A DNA stretch of 64,000 nucleotides from Botryllus schlosseri (taxonomy: Eukaryota): positions 5,272,001 through 5,336,000 of the forward strand of contig CM119373.1 in the NCBI GenBank assembly GCA_051294905.1, in the 5' to 3' direction. The position numbers were made by a program, and so were the translations under genes. The notes beneath the pieces are model-generated. The model saw only the letters and a list, made by a program, of their open reading frames with translations. It did not search any database and was not told the origin of the DNA. Position 1 is the first letter of the stretch, and every line of letters starts with the position of its first letter. Shown here piece after piece: positions 38,951-52,859 of this stretch.

Positions 38951-41537
38951 CATTTCACCACGCACATATTTGCGTTTGAAAACTGCTGTGAAAATACGGA
39001 ACATGTGTCTTTATAAGAAGCTACAGTTGGCCATGCTGCAGATTAGATCACCAGTTCTCTACGGCTAGTATGCAAATAACTACGACATTCAATAGCTACC
39101 TTGCTGCGATAGCAGATCTCAGTTACCATAAAATAATAAATATATTCATTTATTATAATCGACCCTAATATCCATCGGAAGCTTCTTGTTTCATAGACTT
39201 GGAGTGTATTAGCAGGTATAAGGCAATTTTCGGCTTAACGTATAAGGCACACTTTTTGATCAATTATTACTAGTGCTGCAAGACAGAAACCTTCGAATAA
39301 ATACCACATTAACATGTCTCTACCTCCTATCTCAGACTCTCGTCATGTTAAAGCCGCTTCAAATCGTTACGGATTAGCTGGAAATTAGTCCACTTCATTA
39401 AAATAACTCCATTAAAGGGTGGTGGGATAATTTTTTGAAATTAAGGACGACGAAAATGAAATGAGCTGACAAGCAGGTAAAATACGGGTAAATATATTTC
39501 TCCAGTGATAGTAACATGTATTTTTGTCGGACCAATTTTGATTTCATGAAATCATTCCCAGTTATGCAGGGCACACCGATGTCTCTCTGCCTTGATTCGA
39601 AGTTTTTACTGATTGCAAAGTCGCCATTCCTAAAATCTCATCCACAGAGACATCAATTGCATTCCTCAGCAACTCAGCGTTCCAATATTTCTCTGCCACT
39701 TGACATTGACTGATCCAGGGCGTAAATGATGCCGATTGCAATTGAGAATGGACTATGCCAATGAATGGTATTTATGAGTTGAAAAAGCATTTATGGTACT
39801 TCACTTAGGCGTTGATACTAGAGCTGTGTATGTGCTGGAAACTTTGCGAGCTTCAGGGAAACTAAATGGTAACCCACTGAGCTTATAAAGCACATTAGAT
39901 ATTTTCTGGTCTTTCAATATCACCAGAACCCCCTTCTTGTCATAAAGTAATAAAAAACATTGGTGATTTAACACGATATATGGATACAATTAGTTATTAG
40001 ATGGTATTCACCGAATGTGGAGGATGACATGAAAAAAGGACGATGACTTTTGATAGGAATAAGATCTGTCACGATGCCAATTAGTCTTATAATCCGCCTG
40101 TAAGAGTACTATATAGGAGTGCTGCAGAGTACATGATAAAATAATTCATAAATATCAAATTGTATCGTGAAGGAATCTACCTTGGACCGATAAAGAATAT
40201 AGATATTGACTATCACTTGAAAAATATACGTACCCGTATTTTGTGTGCTTATTATCAGTTCATTTCCTTCTTGTGGTCGTGAATTTCAGTGTGTAAAGTA
40301 CTGTATTTGAGAATTATCTCACCATCGTTTCAACGTGTCTATCCCAATGAAGTGGACCAATTTACAGCTAATATGTGTCATCAATTTCTTTCAGTTACTG
40401 GCGATGTATGCCTTGTCAAGATCAAAACATGTGTAAAAGACATCCCTGCCTCCTAAGGCATAAATAGAACACGATTTCTGGACATGTCGGTGTGACGAAA
40501 TCGGTCACCGTAAATACTATTATTCTAGCAGCGCAGCACGAAATCCAGCAAACCTAACCGAACATTCGCCGCATTCACAGACACGCCTATGAGATCTTCA
40601 ATTCAATCAAGCTCGTTAGTAGAGCGTAGCGAGATAGCGTATAGTGGAATAATCCACAACCGCAAAACCAGCTGATTGCGGTTTCGGGTCCGACCGAGGT
40701 CGACTCCAAATTTGTACTGTGTTAAAGGTTTATCTCGGTTTCTACGTACCACTCATTTGCGTAATCGTTGTCTTATGAACGTAAATATCGCATACAAAGA
40801 TATCGGCAATGTGAACAATATAGTCGAGCACCGTGAATATCAAACAATAACGACCAAAATTGTTGCGTTACGCTATATTGCGGCGTGAAAATTGCTTTCA
40901 TGAATCGCATCGATCTGATGTCATAGTTCAGATACGCGCCTTTCGCAGATGAAACACATTAACCTAGCTTTATCGGCTCGGAGCCGAATGAATCTTCACT
41001 AATCTATACTAAAACAGTCAGAGTGGGTTTGTTGATGCAGCCATCCATCCAATCTTATCGAGTACAACAGTCAAACCAAATTCGAAATAGTGAGGTGATG
41101 TAATATTGACCTTGATACCGATAGCTTTCCTTCATGTGTAATTTCGTCACTAAATGCTATATTTGTCGTCAAGACTACGTTGACTACGGGTTTTTGTAAA
41201 GTATCATAACTTTTACGAGTAATTACCGTGCCCGATAAATTATAATCACAATTATCAACATGGTCAAAATGCCGAATCATATATAAGATTATCCCAACCG
41301 GGGCCTACGATAACTGGCCTACGATCGTAGGCCCCTAGGCCCCGTCCCAACCTATCTTCATTGCCAATTGCGAGTCTTCTTGATTACCCTGGCGCTTGAT
41401 GGGTTCATTATCATTGTAAACGAGGTATTACATGCGACCTAATGTTATTTAATAGGCTCCAGGCTCCGCCTATGCCTGCAGGAGGCCTGTGCTTCAAGTC
41501 CCGCACTGATCATAAATGGACTGTACGTACGTACACT

Positions 41538-42470
41538 AGGGCTGTTCAAAAATAAAGTAAAATTTCGGATTCCAGCCATTGACTTATTAAATTGTCAGGT
41601 TACCCTAAGAACACTGCACACCAAAGTTGGTTCAATTCTAACAAGTAAAGGACTCCGCAGATCAAATTAAAAATTTTAATTTATTAGGTGAAATTTTGAA
41701 AAAGAATTCAAATTTTTCTGCCAACCTCATGAAATTGTTTAGCTGTCTTCAAAGACGATGCAAACCAAATTTGACTCAATTCCGACCAGTAGAAGCGGAG
41801 TTATGTGAGTTTTTCGATTATAATCCTCGGATTATCCTGGATCGGTGGATCATCCGAGAAGTTCACGTTTTTCATAGGCGGGCTTTCCGAGGTTCCGTCT
41901 CGGTCGTTCACACCACTGGGCCATACGAGGTACCGCTGCGTTCGTCTTCGGGCCCCGCGTAGACCGATACCCGATACGATCGTATCGGACTTTCAGCCGA
42001 CTCGGGATCGGCCTTCAAAAAACAGTGTATAGCGCTTTTTTCACAGTTTTTTAAATCACCGATTTCTCGCCAACCGAATATCGTAGCCGGATAAATTTGG
42101 TACCGGCAGACGCGTAATTCGATTACGATTCCAACGATACCCAGGAAATGGGGATGGGACGCGTAGAAAAAAGTTTTCTTCCAAAAACCCGTGATGGTAC
42201 GCCAATACGGGTTACGCAATTGGTTTTTCGATCGGTCGGTATCAGAACACAGATCGAAATACCGATCGACAACCGCTGGTCTTAGGGGTTCGACAGAGTT
42301 ATCCCCGTTTTCCTCTCGTCGAACTGAACGCGATGATATCCGATTCAACGGCTTGGGCACGGGGTTGGCCCGGTATTGGCGTCTGAAAAGTCGGTTTTTG
42401 TCTCCCAAAGGCTACCGAATTCGCAGAATATATAGATCGATCAGTAGCTTAGGAATAGCCTACTTTTATC
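41538..42470 (+). mobile_element. Longer relative of the 17183 MITE with a GC-rich, ccgat-rich interior; right end not found
   Basis: 41538-~41850 aligns to the arms of 17183-17628. Confidence 0.55.
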
Positions 42471-45400
42471 ACAAAAAATTTAACATGCCGCCTTTCTTAC
42501 AGAGATAGGCACAATTCACAATGTTGAATTAGGTCGATGACTTTTGTATTGTATTCGTACGCGCGACCAATTGCGTGCCATCAACTGGTAAGGTCTCATG
42601 TCCGCTGTCACCGAGTGATTGAAAGATTAGTTTCAGCGTATTAGCAGGTTATTGTAAATGGACGTTACTTTGGACGATGGACTAGCAGATGATGTAGAAT
42701 GATGCAGAAGATGTATTAGCACCTCATGGCCCTAAAGTTTCATGACAAGTAAATCAGCATGAATCCTTAACACGAATCTTATATGAAAAGTTAAGACGCA
42801 AACATGCGTGATGGAGTTACTTCCCAATCAGTGTTTTCATCGAACGATTCGTTCTGTGTATTGAAGAGTATTCTACATAGCTGATGAATTCTGCGTACAA
42901 TAGCGTACAAATTTGGATCGCCACGCTGACTCCTTTTCCATGACAAAAAGTGAGTATTCAGTATAGAATGCATTTCCCTTCTGTTGTAAGTATTATATTT
43001 CGTTAACTACGTCACGCGGAAGGGTAAGTACTGGACAGAACAGTCGCCAAACGGAGGCTGCGTCCTGTGATGTTTCCCTCACTAATTCAATTCGTGCCGT
43101 GGTAGATTTTCACTGCGTAACGTGCTTTCTGACAGATTATTAAACGTCTATGTGAGTAGCAACGGATTTAGAATCGTCCTTGAAAAGGTGTTCACAGAAC
43201 TCAATTAGTAAAATGTTGACTTCACGCTCAATATATCTGGGAATAGGCCTACTTTTATCGCGTAACGTTAACTTTATATTGTTTCCCGATTAATTTCAAA
43301 TAATTCAACTAGCTAGATACTTTCTAAATATTGATAAATCGTATATATACGCTGTGTGAGTGAGCACATAGTTACGATAACATCTGCCTTTTCGTCTCAT
43401 TGATTCTTTTCAAAATCAAGTGTGTGGCCTATGATAAAGCTCCATCTTGATGAAGCAACCTATCATGTTGCATTTTTGTTTTGAAATTTACTGGAGTTGT
43501 GTATAATCTTCAAACGTATGTACTGTGCATGGAGCTAACAATTTGGCATTAGATCGCTGCCTTGTTTTTCAGCCACTGCAAACAATCGAGACGTCAAGAT
43601 AGCTGGGAAGACACTCTAATGAATTTGCCGTCAAGCAATTCTGATCAAAGTGCCTGCGGTCTCCCTAGTCTGCCATAATGATCAACGATGATGACGTGAC
43701 GGTCTGATCACTTAAACATCAGACTGTCAATGTCAATATATGTATTGTTGCCTTGGCTTGAACGGACGGGGCCGTAATTGATAGCCGAATCTGACTGCTT
43801 CTTACCGTGTGTTAATATAAGGAAAATAGAATATCTGTACTCATGTTTTAGTTAGTGCAACGCATATAATGTAAGATTATCGGTTGTAAGCCTAGATTAT
43901 ACCGAGCGTTGTAACCAGCGTATTGTGCGAAACCGACACTCTGGGTATTTACAACTGACACCACAATATGTCTGATAGCCAGTGATAGGTGTTTGAATGG
44001 ACACTCTCTTGCCGCAGCATTGTGACGTTATGAAATGACAAAACAAGTCAACTTTGCAGTTGGCTGCTTTCCGAACCTATATCGCCACATTTCAGCCTGA
44101 TCATCATTATTTGTTTATGTTAGCTTTGCAGAGTCATTTTATCCTTGTACGTGATGACGAATAAACGAGTTTGATTTTTCAAGCAACACTGCTGCATGGT
44201 ATGAGCGGATGACATGAGCTACGTCAGTTGAATTTAATGTTAAAATTACGGTTGATTGATATCACGCGTTTTCAACCCAGATATGCGTTTCTGGTAAGAT
44301 GATAGGGTGATTACAATCATTCAAGGAATTGCTACAAACTTACGAAGGTATGGAAAGCTGATTGAGGTCACATGGTCCGTTGGACCTTGCACATAATTTG
44401 AAAATTACGACGAGATATATTGTTATTATGCTAGTCGTTGCTGTTCTCCTCTCTCTAGCAACGAAATTATTGTGGGTGTGGAGAGGGATGATTACACCCG
44501 CGGCCATATTAGGTCACATTTTATATTCATCTGGTCCAGATTGACACGACATGAATATTCGGCGCCAGCAATTTAGGTACCCGGATCAAGACATTTTTAT
44601 ATCGAAGTTTACGGTCAACATAAGGGAAATACTTTTCGGCTAATGTTTTCTTGCTGACGATCTTTTTGGCTCACTTCTCTGAGACCCATGTTGACCCACA
44701 CTTTATATGTCTTTTTACATCGTGGCGTGGTAATGGCCAACGCTCGCTTAGATGCCTACGTCTACAGATGATGCGCATTTTTTGTGGAGGAAGGGTGCCT
44801 AATAAACAAACATTTATCTACATGAAATCGCGTACAGCGCGAGAAAAATTAAAAAGTTACGAAAATTTTCAAATAAATAGCGAATAATTAGTGTTCATTC
44901 ACGAAATAATTTTGGCACCATTCGAGCTCGCCCTCCCCCAAGCGGGGTAGGAATATCTGGGTGTGGCAGGAATGGGGGAGATAGCGTAGCAGTGATGCGT
45001 GCGGCTTTTTGATCTGTAAATCGTTGGTTCAATCCCCGGGCGGGTCAGACCTAAGATTCGAAAACTGGTATCCACGGTATCCGATGGTTAAGATAAAAAT
45101 AAGTTTGTTTGCTTTCTCTCTTTCTTTCTCTTGAGCATTAGTAAGGTGAATCCTTTCTTATTTGCACGGTTAGAGCAACAACCCTCCTTGTTTTAAATGG
45201 GCTACTCCTCCGACAAAGACATGGATTTGCGAATGCCAGGAAAGCGAACACTGAATTGCTAAGACAAGCAACTGAAACACAGCTGAAGAGAAAAAATGGA
45301 AGCCAATCACCTTCACGATTAGGCCGAGATGGATGCTATAGATTAATAATAACCGTGCTTGGTAGTTTAAGCATTCTCTTCTCTGTTGAATATGTCGCAA

Positions 45401-47478
45401 TGCATCTTTAGTACCGCATTGCACATTGTCTGGCTTGAGCGGAAACAATAATTTGAGCTAAATTAGAAATAAAAGTCGGGGGTTCGCTGAGGCTCGCGAC
45501 GGTCCAAAAGGGGTCCGCAAAGACATGAAAGGTTGAGAATAACTGACACAGGGTATATGCCTTACGCTCGCAACTGACAGAGCATCTTAAAGCTGTCTTG
45601 ACACAAGCAAATCAACGACCTATCAGCTCGATATATTTGGTGCGGGAAATACTACAGAATATTTATCATGCTATAACCAATACATATATTTGATGGAGTT
45701 GTATTAAGGTAAAGCAGGGATTCTTTTTCACAATATGTATCACGAGTGTTAAACAACAAAATTTAACGATGGTATAGTGCCCTTTCGCCTTTGCCAAGAG
45801 CTAATCAGGGCCCAAATAATAGGAGTCGCCATTAAAATCGTACGATCCGCGGTGTCTACCAAGATCGCAACTAGAACTTATGTCGAGTCATCACAATGGT
45901 AGTCAGCATTTTTTATGTCGTCATTTTTTAAAACAGTGTATAAAGTCTTAAAATCCCTATATATACTGGAATGGTCTAAACTGAGTAAATCCTAAACAAA
46001 AACTATCATGTATGCAAAGCGGTGTCATTTTATACACGCCAAAAGTGGAAGAAAATCCCCCCTATTGATTGTCGACTTAATGCCACTTTTCAAAATACGG
46101 GGTTTATACAGGGGTCAAAATGTCGCCATTGTAACTCGAAATTCCTGCTACTTCATGACTTGATTTCTTTTGGAAGGGACAAATGAGGGACTAATAAGCG
46201 TGGTCCCAAACGGATTTGCTTAACAGACGATAGCAACCGAGGGAAAAATGTCGCCAAGAATTAGGGGGACACAAAATTGTCTCCCAATTTTTTTCGTCCC
46301 CCAACTGCTACAAAAATAAGTGCGATTGTCTCCCAAAGTAGCCTAATAGGTAAATATATATATATGAATGATAATATATGCTTTCACAAGTCTTTGTCGC
46401 TATAATTTATGTAGCGGCTCTATGCGAGCTTCATGTGTCCAATTTCAGGCCGCACATAGTCTGCCGTCTGATAGTTTAATTTCCGAAAATCGAGCTTAGC
46501 AATACATTTGCAATAATAAGATCTACCCCCTATCAGTTGGCTTCGTAATCGCACAAATAATTTACCATCCGACTCAACTTATCGCTCATCGTCATACATG
46601 AAATCACATCAACGTTGAAGAATATAAGCAGTGATTCGAATTTCCAGCCAAACTTTATTGCAACGAAACAAAGTCTACTTTTGAATGATTGTTACAGTGC
46701 CCCGGAAATGATTGACTGTCCGCGGGCCGGACAGAATCCCGTCGCGGCCCAGATCCGTCCCTTGCACACCCCATCCAAGTGGTACAGCCTACGAACATTA
46801 TGGTATAGTACATGTCCTGTACCCCGCAGCGTTACTGCCACTCTCAAACCACCCAATTGGGGAGTGGGCGAGTTTGAAGGGGGTCAAAAATTATTTCGTA
46901 AATTACCATGAATTATAAAGCATATTTCGGATAGTTTTTGAAATTTTGAAATTGAAATGAGGTTTCAGTGAACATGTGACTCTGTGAACTGTGCTGTCAA
47001 ATGACATATTCAACAAAACCCACGAGCTAATCCATCACATAGCTCTTTGTTGAGCAAATCAAAGAGATAACAAGACTAGAAATCGGTTTGTGGTATGTTT
47101 TTTGAATCACTCCTTTACATTTTGTCGCAAAAGTCGCAGTAATTGGCTGCATGAAAAATATAGAAGTTGCAATATGATAATTTTTCAAACAGTCTAAAAC
47201 ATCACACTACGATGCATTCTGAGTATTTAGGAAGCTCCCGGACGCTGTAACAAAAGTTGCATAAACCTGCCCTGTGCATCACGTATTTCAATAAATGTAC
47301 CCGTGAATGTGATCAGATCACCTATATTAAATACATACGTTAGTGACATAATTCATTCGATAACTTTGAAGGATAAAAGCTCCGTTACTAGATCCACCTC
47401 GTTCGCGAGTCACGTACTGAATTCGTCACTTAATTAAAAGCTGTGTGCGGTGTGCATCTTGAAATGTATGCATTAAGT

Positions 47479-48339
47479 CAGGGGCGGGCAACTTCTCCAG
47501 TCGGCGGGCCGGATATAGGAAAATTAAGTATCTGGCGGGCCGGATTGCTGAATCGATACATTATTCGCCCATTTATCCGCGTATACAAGGAATAAATCGT
47601 ATTTAATGAATGTATTTTAACGACAGCAATGTCACTTCAAAGCCATTTCCTGTCCCTAATGGCGCCCAAGACAATGTGTATTTGAAAATAACATTGTCAC
47701 ACAGGCGCCGCCATGTCTGCTTCTATCTGATCAATCAACACACGGTGCAATCCCTAATTAAGATTTCAAGGCGTTCGATAAGCCCGGTGACCCTGATTTA
47801 CCAAGATATCAATTCATTACGGTTGATTAAGTGACGAGATAGCGTCCTTGTTCAACTGTGTGGCCTCATTAATCTCGATATTGAATTCATGCGGCCCGCG
47901 TCCTCTACGAAATTTGGAAGGTAGCCTGCGACCTATTTTGAGTTGGAGCCCCTGGCATATACGGTGCAAAAAGCCTAGAAGTGTGCCGTGCTACAAGTCG
48001 GCGGTTATGGAATCAGAAATAAGAAATATCCGCCTGGTGTAAATGACAATTGTAGTCGACAAAATTCATGATTAGCACTGACGACATTATAGGGTTGAGT
48101 GCATCGTAAATGCCGATAATGCAAGTCTTCTTGCTTCGACGAACTTACGCGTAAGCTCCACTCTCGCAACGCTGCGCATACACGTATATAATAACATACA
48201 GTCACTAAAATTTGTCGTAGTAAGCAAGTAGTGGGGAGTCTCGGCAGACTTGGGCCGCGGGCCACATTATCGTGTAAGACGGAAAACTGTCGGCGGGCCG
48301 GACAAAATCTCTTAGCGGGCCATATGTTGCCCACCCCTG
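47479..48339 (+). mobile_element. hAT MITE with internal SINE remnant (sister of 14106)
   Basis: caggggcgggcaac / gttgcccacccctg; collinear with 14106-14948. Confidence 0.8.
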
Positions 48340-51256
48340 CTGTAAGCTGTTTGTAGAAATTTTCTGTTGCCAGTTTTTTTCTATGTTTCATGCAACCTTT
48401 TTACTGCAACTTTTATAAAATATTTCACAAAATGTAAATGAGTGATTTTGAAACGCAAAACAATTATATATAAATGTTTAGACGGTCTCGGGTTAATTCA
48501 GTTTATAAACGCCTCGACTCAAACGCCTACCTGAAATTAGCATGCGAAGCAAGAAGATATTACAGGTTGCTATCGGTAAATAAATATTTGAACAGAGACC
48601 ACATGAAGTGACTCAGAAGACATCTGGTGTGATTCTGAAATATGAAATAATACTTAGTCATCCAGACAAGGCAATCACGCTATGGAACTCACACCCACGG
48701 TTTCCTGGTATAATCTAATCATGGTGGACAGTCAGGAATTTGACTCACTGTAGCTTGCTCATTTAATCCACCACATCATATAGCTTGTACGATGCATGCA
48801 GAGCATGATCTTCGTGGTTTGGCAGTAAACAGCAGTTTATCTCTCAATGACATCGGGCAGTTGCATGAAAGTTTACCAAAGTTGTATTCCAGTAACATTC
48901 CCAGTAATCTCGCCCTTTTCTGTTCCAGTATAATCGCATACTGTCAGGCTTTACCATCTGTTGGTCTAAATTTTCCCTCCTATTTGCTGTGACAAAGCTC
49001 ACCACAGCATCGATTGGACGTAGTGGGACGCAGAGAAAGTTGAGATTGTACTAATCAACAATGAAACCCACTATTCTGACGATGATGACGCCAGTCTCAT
49101 CCATTTCATTAGTTGCAATGCATGCAAAATAGGTCTGGTTATATTCTTTCGATGCAGGGAGGAGATGGAGGGGGGAGCTGATATTTTATTCGGTTCGCGG
49201 GAGGGAGGCTCTGACGAAAAAAGATTGGAAAACGCCGATCTAGACTTTGCGTGACTAATGCGGACATATCAAGCAGTAGGCCGCATAACCCCTCATATGA
49301 CATGACAGTTTCATTACCAGTAAACAGTGCCCAGCAAAACCTTTTATTTAATTTAATGTCTGATACTATTTAGCCTGATTAACTATGAGCCTTGTAATAC
49401 GAGGGAGGTCGCCAAACATTCACGTAATGTGAATGGTGGCACTGGGGTGGAAAGAAGGTATAGAATGACTGTTCTATAGCAAATCTATCATTTGTATCAC
49501 ATTTTGTCGAACCATTGTGATGTCGAAAATGTTCACCTTTTGTTTGCGAATCGGGCTGTATAGCAACACATGGGGTCAACGAGAGCGTATTTATGACTGC
49601 TTTTCAAAACTACTTCCTTACTCGAGTTGTTTTGAAAGACAGCAACTTCTTGAATCCTACTTGAAGCAGTTCTACGCTGATTTAAAAAGCACTGCTTCTA
49701 CTTCCATTAGAGTGGCATTATTGGCTGCTTTCACTACCTCAGATTATTATTATATTATTTAGTCACTGTAAAACTGGGTATTACGCAGGTAATCCGGGAA
49801 GCAGCCTACCCCTTTAGAAAAATAGCGAGATTGAACTAAACCTTTCGTTCCATCCGTAGAGTCGAATTGGTATTCCTATGCACTATATAAGGAGACTAGA
49901 TTACAGAATTGCGGTAGATGAATAATTGAATTGCAGAGGTAGAGATGATTGAAAATGAGGAATCGAAATTTCGCACATTACGTGTGTTTTAGTACAGTGG
50001 TGCGTGCATTCAAGGCCTTTCGAAGAATTCGCACAGTGCCCAATTAAGTGATCTTTTAGGTCATGTTGAATTGAGCATTTTCAGCAATCTGTTGGATATG
50101 TATCATCTGTTTTTTGCTTACGAGCACAGCAGCACAAGTGACTACGGACACAATGTCAACACAATGTGTACATCGCCATATTTTCTCACATTACATTTTG
50201 CTTTGTTTTGTTGTATGTTCTAATAAATTGGAACGGCAAGTTCATTGAAAAAGCATTCTTTTTCTTTTCTGGTTTGATCATGATTACTGGGCGGTTGCTC
50301 TGGATTTCGTGGTTAGTTATGAGTAGGCGTTTTTTGACCTAAAAAAGGAAAATTTTGACCTAAAAAATCGAAACTTTAACTTTTTGAACCTAAACAAACT
50401 GAATTCCGACCAAATTTTGACCTAACGTATGCAAATTAGGTTTTTTCCCACATAATGTTAAAATTGTGGCACTTATCTTCCTTTCTGGTTGGAAATGGCA
50501 GTCCCAACGAAGTAGTTTGGCCTGAAAAAAACATTTTAGGCTTAGAAACGGACAACTTTTTATATGAAAAAAAGAAATATTTCAACGAAGTCTGGCCCTA
50601 TGAAGTATTCCAGTGGTTACAATCAGGGCTGTGGAGACGGAGTCGGGCTAATTTTCGCTTGCTGGAGTCGGAGTCGGAGTCGGAGTCGTGGAAACTGCAG
50701 TGGCTGGAGTCGGAGTCGTGGAAAAAATACTGACTGGAGTCGGAGTTTGTGAAAATGAATAACTATAATAGGATTTTTATGTACCATCAATTACTGTTAT
50801 CAGTATGGCGATTTTTTTTGACATGTCAAAAAAAGTCAAAATAAGGTCAAAATTTTAGCGTTAGGTCAAAAAATGTCAAAATTGACAAAAATTTTCGCAA
50901 CCTGCATTTTATTTTTATCGTAGATTTTGCGCAATCGGTGAACTTATCGTTTGATATTTTACAGTTTGTAGCCTACTTTATAGGCCTACTGTGGCAGACG
51001 GCGCATTGTTTGCTCATTGTGAATCATAAACATTCAAATGAAACAAATGGGTTGACACCGTGTTATGCTCAACGTACCGCAATATTCTAAGTGAAGCAAG
51101 ACTGCGTGGGCATTGCATGGTTCTTACAAAAATCGTGATGTACAACATTGTCAGAATGAAGCAACACGGTGTGTCACCAGCAGTGTACGCACGCACAGCT
51201 TCACTGTTGCCAGCCAATAGCTGCTACAGTTGAACGTTCTTTCTCCATTCTTCTTG

Positions 51257-51537
51257 CTGTTGTTGTTCGTATATTCATGGTGTTTGTCGACTACAATGGT
51301 CATTTACACCAGGCCGATATTCCTTATTTTCGATTCCATATCCGCCGAGACTCTGCCGACTTGTAGCACGGCCCACTTCTATGCTTTTTGTAAGACACCG
51401 CTTACGCGGATGAGATAAGGAACCTAGATAAACCTTCAACACTTGGGTAGGAATTCTGGAGTCGACCTCGGTCGGACTAGAACCTAAACCCCATTGGTGT
51501 TGTAGCTGTGGATTATTCCACTACGCTATCTCGTCAC
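51257..51537 (-). mobile_element. SINE family A copy
   Basis: Complete copy ending ctacgctatctcgtc (tRNA-like head on the minus strand); absent from the sister element at ~53900. Confidence 0.8.
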
Positions 51538-51591
51538 ATCTTCATCCTTGGCAAGCTACTTAGTAAAGACAGACACTTTTTACCCGAGAAC

Positions 51592-51619
51592 CAGGGATAT
51601 CTAGAACTAGATATCCCTG
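51592..51619. mobile_element. 28-bp TIR-only hAT-like insertion
   Basis: cagggatatctag-aa-ctagatatccctg hairpin; 8-bp TSD ccgagaac/ccgagaat; empty site in the sister copy at ~53855-53870. Confidence 0.75.
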
Positions 51620-52006
51620 CCGAGAATGCAGAAAAGTATCTTTCGTTGTACTACAACACATTTTAATTATTTTCACCATAGTACATCATGTACTGGAATT
51701 CATCATAGGGCCAAATTTTGTTAAAATAATATTTCGTCATGTAAAAATTCGTCAGTTTTTGAGTCAAACAAGTTTTTGAGGGAAAACTACTTCGTAAGGA
51801 CAGACAATTCAAACCAGAAATGAGGATAAGTAGTAAAATTCTAACATCTTTTGGGAAAACACCTAATTTGCATACGTTAGGTCAAAATTTGGTCAAAATT
51901 TAGTTTTTTAAAGTCAAAAAATGTCAAAATTTGGATTTTTTAGGTCAAAATATTTCGTTTTTTAGGTAAAAAAAAAATCGCCCTAGTTATCAGTAAAGAT
52001 ACAGAT

Positions 52007-52859
52007 CAGGGGCAGCCAGACCATGCTCCACGGGCCAAATGTGGCCCACGAGAAGGTTTTGTGTGGCCTGCGAGGTAATTCTCGAAATTAGACATAACAT
52101 CACGTAAAAATGCAAGAACAACCCAAATTTGATTAGCCTGACCGCGAATTTTGATGATGACTAAAACATCAGTTTCGACTCATTGGCATAACCATGCATC
52201 AGCCACATTCATCGCAGATCTTCTTGTATGACCAAAAGTAGAATATTATGTGGCAGATTTGTTTGACTTGAAATTTTTCTTAGCACTTCGCATGATTTAC
52301 TGTCACATTTCTTGTGTTTAGTATTGTAAACCCTCCTGGAAATCATAAATACGCGTAATTTTCAGAATTGAGTCCAACTATACTCGCAATTAGGAGATAA
52401 CGTGTCGTCCAGCATGCGACTTCGCTTGTGCGCTAGAAGCGAGATCGTCGGCGATGAAACATTTGCACAAAATGGCAGAGTTATGTTCACCGAGACCGTC
52501 GATATTGCTGTGTCTAAAACGATAAATAATCCTGTCCGACAAATGAGCCCATTGCTATGCAGAGGCGACCCCCAATATATGCAAGTAATATATTTATTGA
52601 TCGAATTCATTCATTACCTTTGAAAAAATTCGTGCTTCGCACGACCAGGGCATGACTGCACACTATATTTGCAGACTGAGTTTTCATGATATAATTGTTA
52701 TCACTTTTAAGCGTAGTAATATAAATTTTATTTTCAATGTTACCGAATTCGGTTCGTTCCTATCGGGCGACTAAAAATAGGTAATCAACATTCAAGTGGC
52801 CCGCGCTATGGTTCGTAAACCTCATGTGGCCCTTTGACCGAAAAGGTTGGCCACCTCTG
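52007..52859 (+). mobile_element. hAT MITE
   Basis: caggggcagcca / tggccacctctg; related to the 19437, 20846 and 29236 elements. Confidence 0.75.

Larger units (their letters stand above)
50804..51985 (+). mobile_element. hAT-like element with tttgac/gtcaaa repeats
   Basis: tatggcgattttt / aaaaatcgcccta; perfect TSD GTTATCAG. Confidence 0.85.

Noticed and set aside
41908..42508. Overlapping 166-aa and 105-aa ORFs
   Set aside because: They lie in the GC-rich interior of a MITE-related repeat; no motifs; expected by chance.
43741..43965. Possible solo LTR (TGT...ACA)
   Set aside because: Flanks match only 4/5 in AT-rich sequence; no other support.
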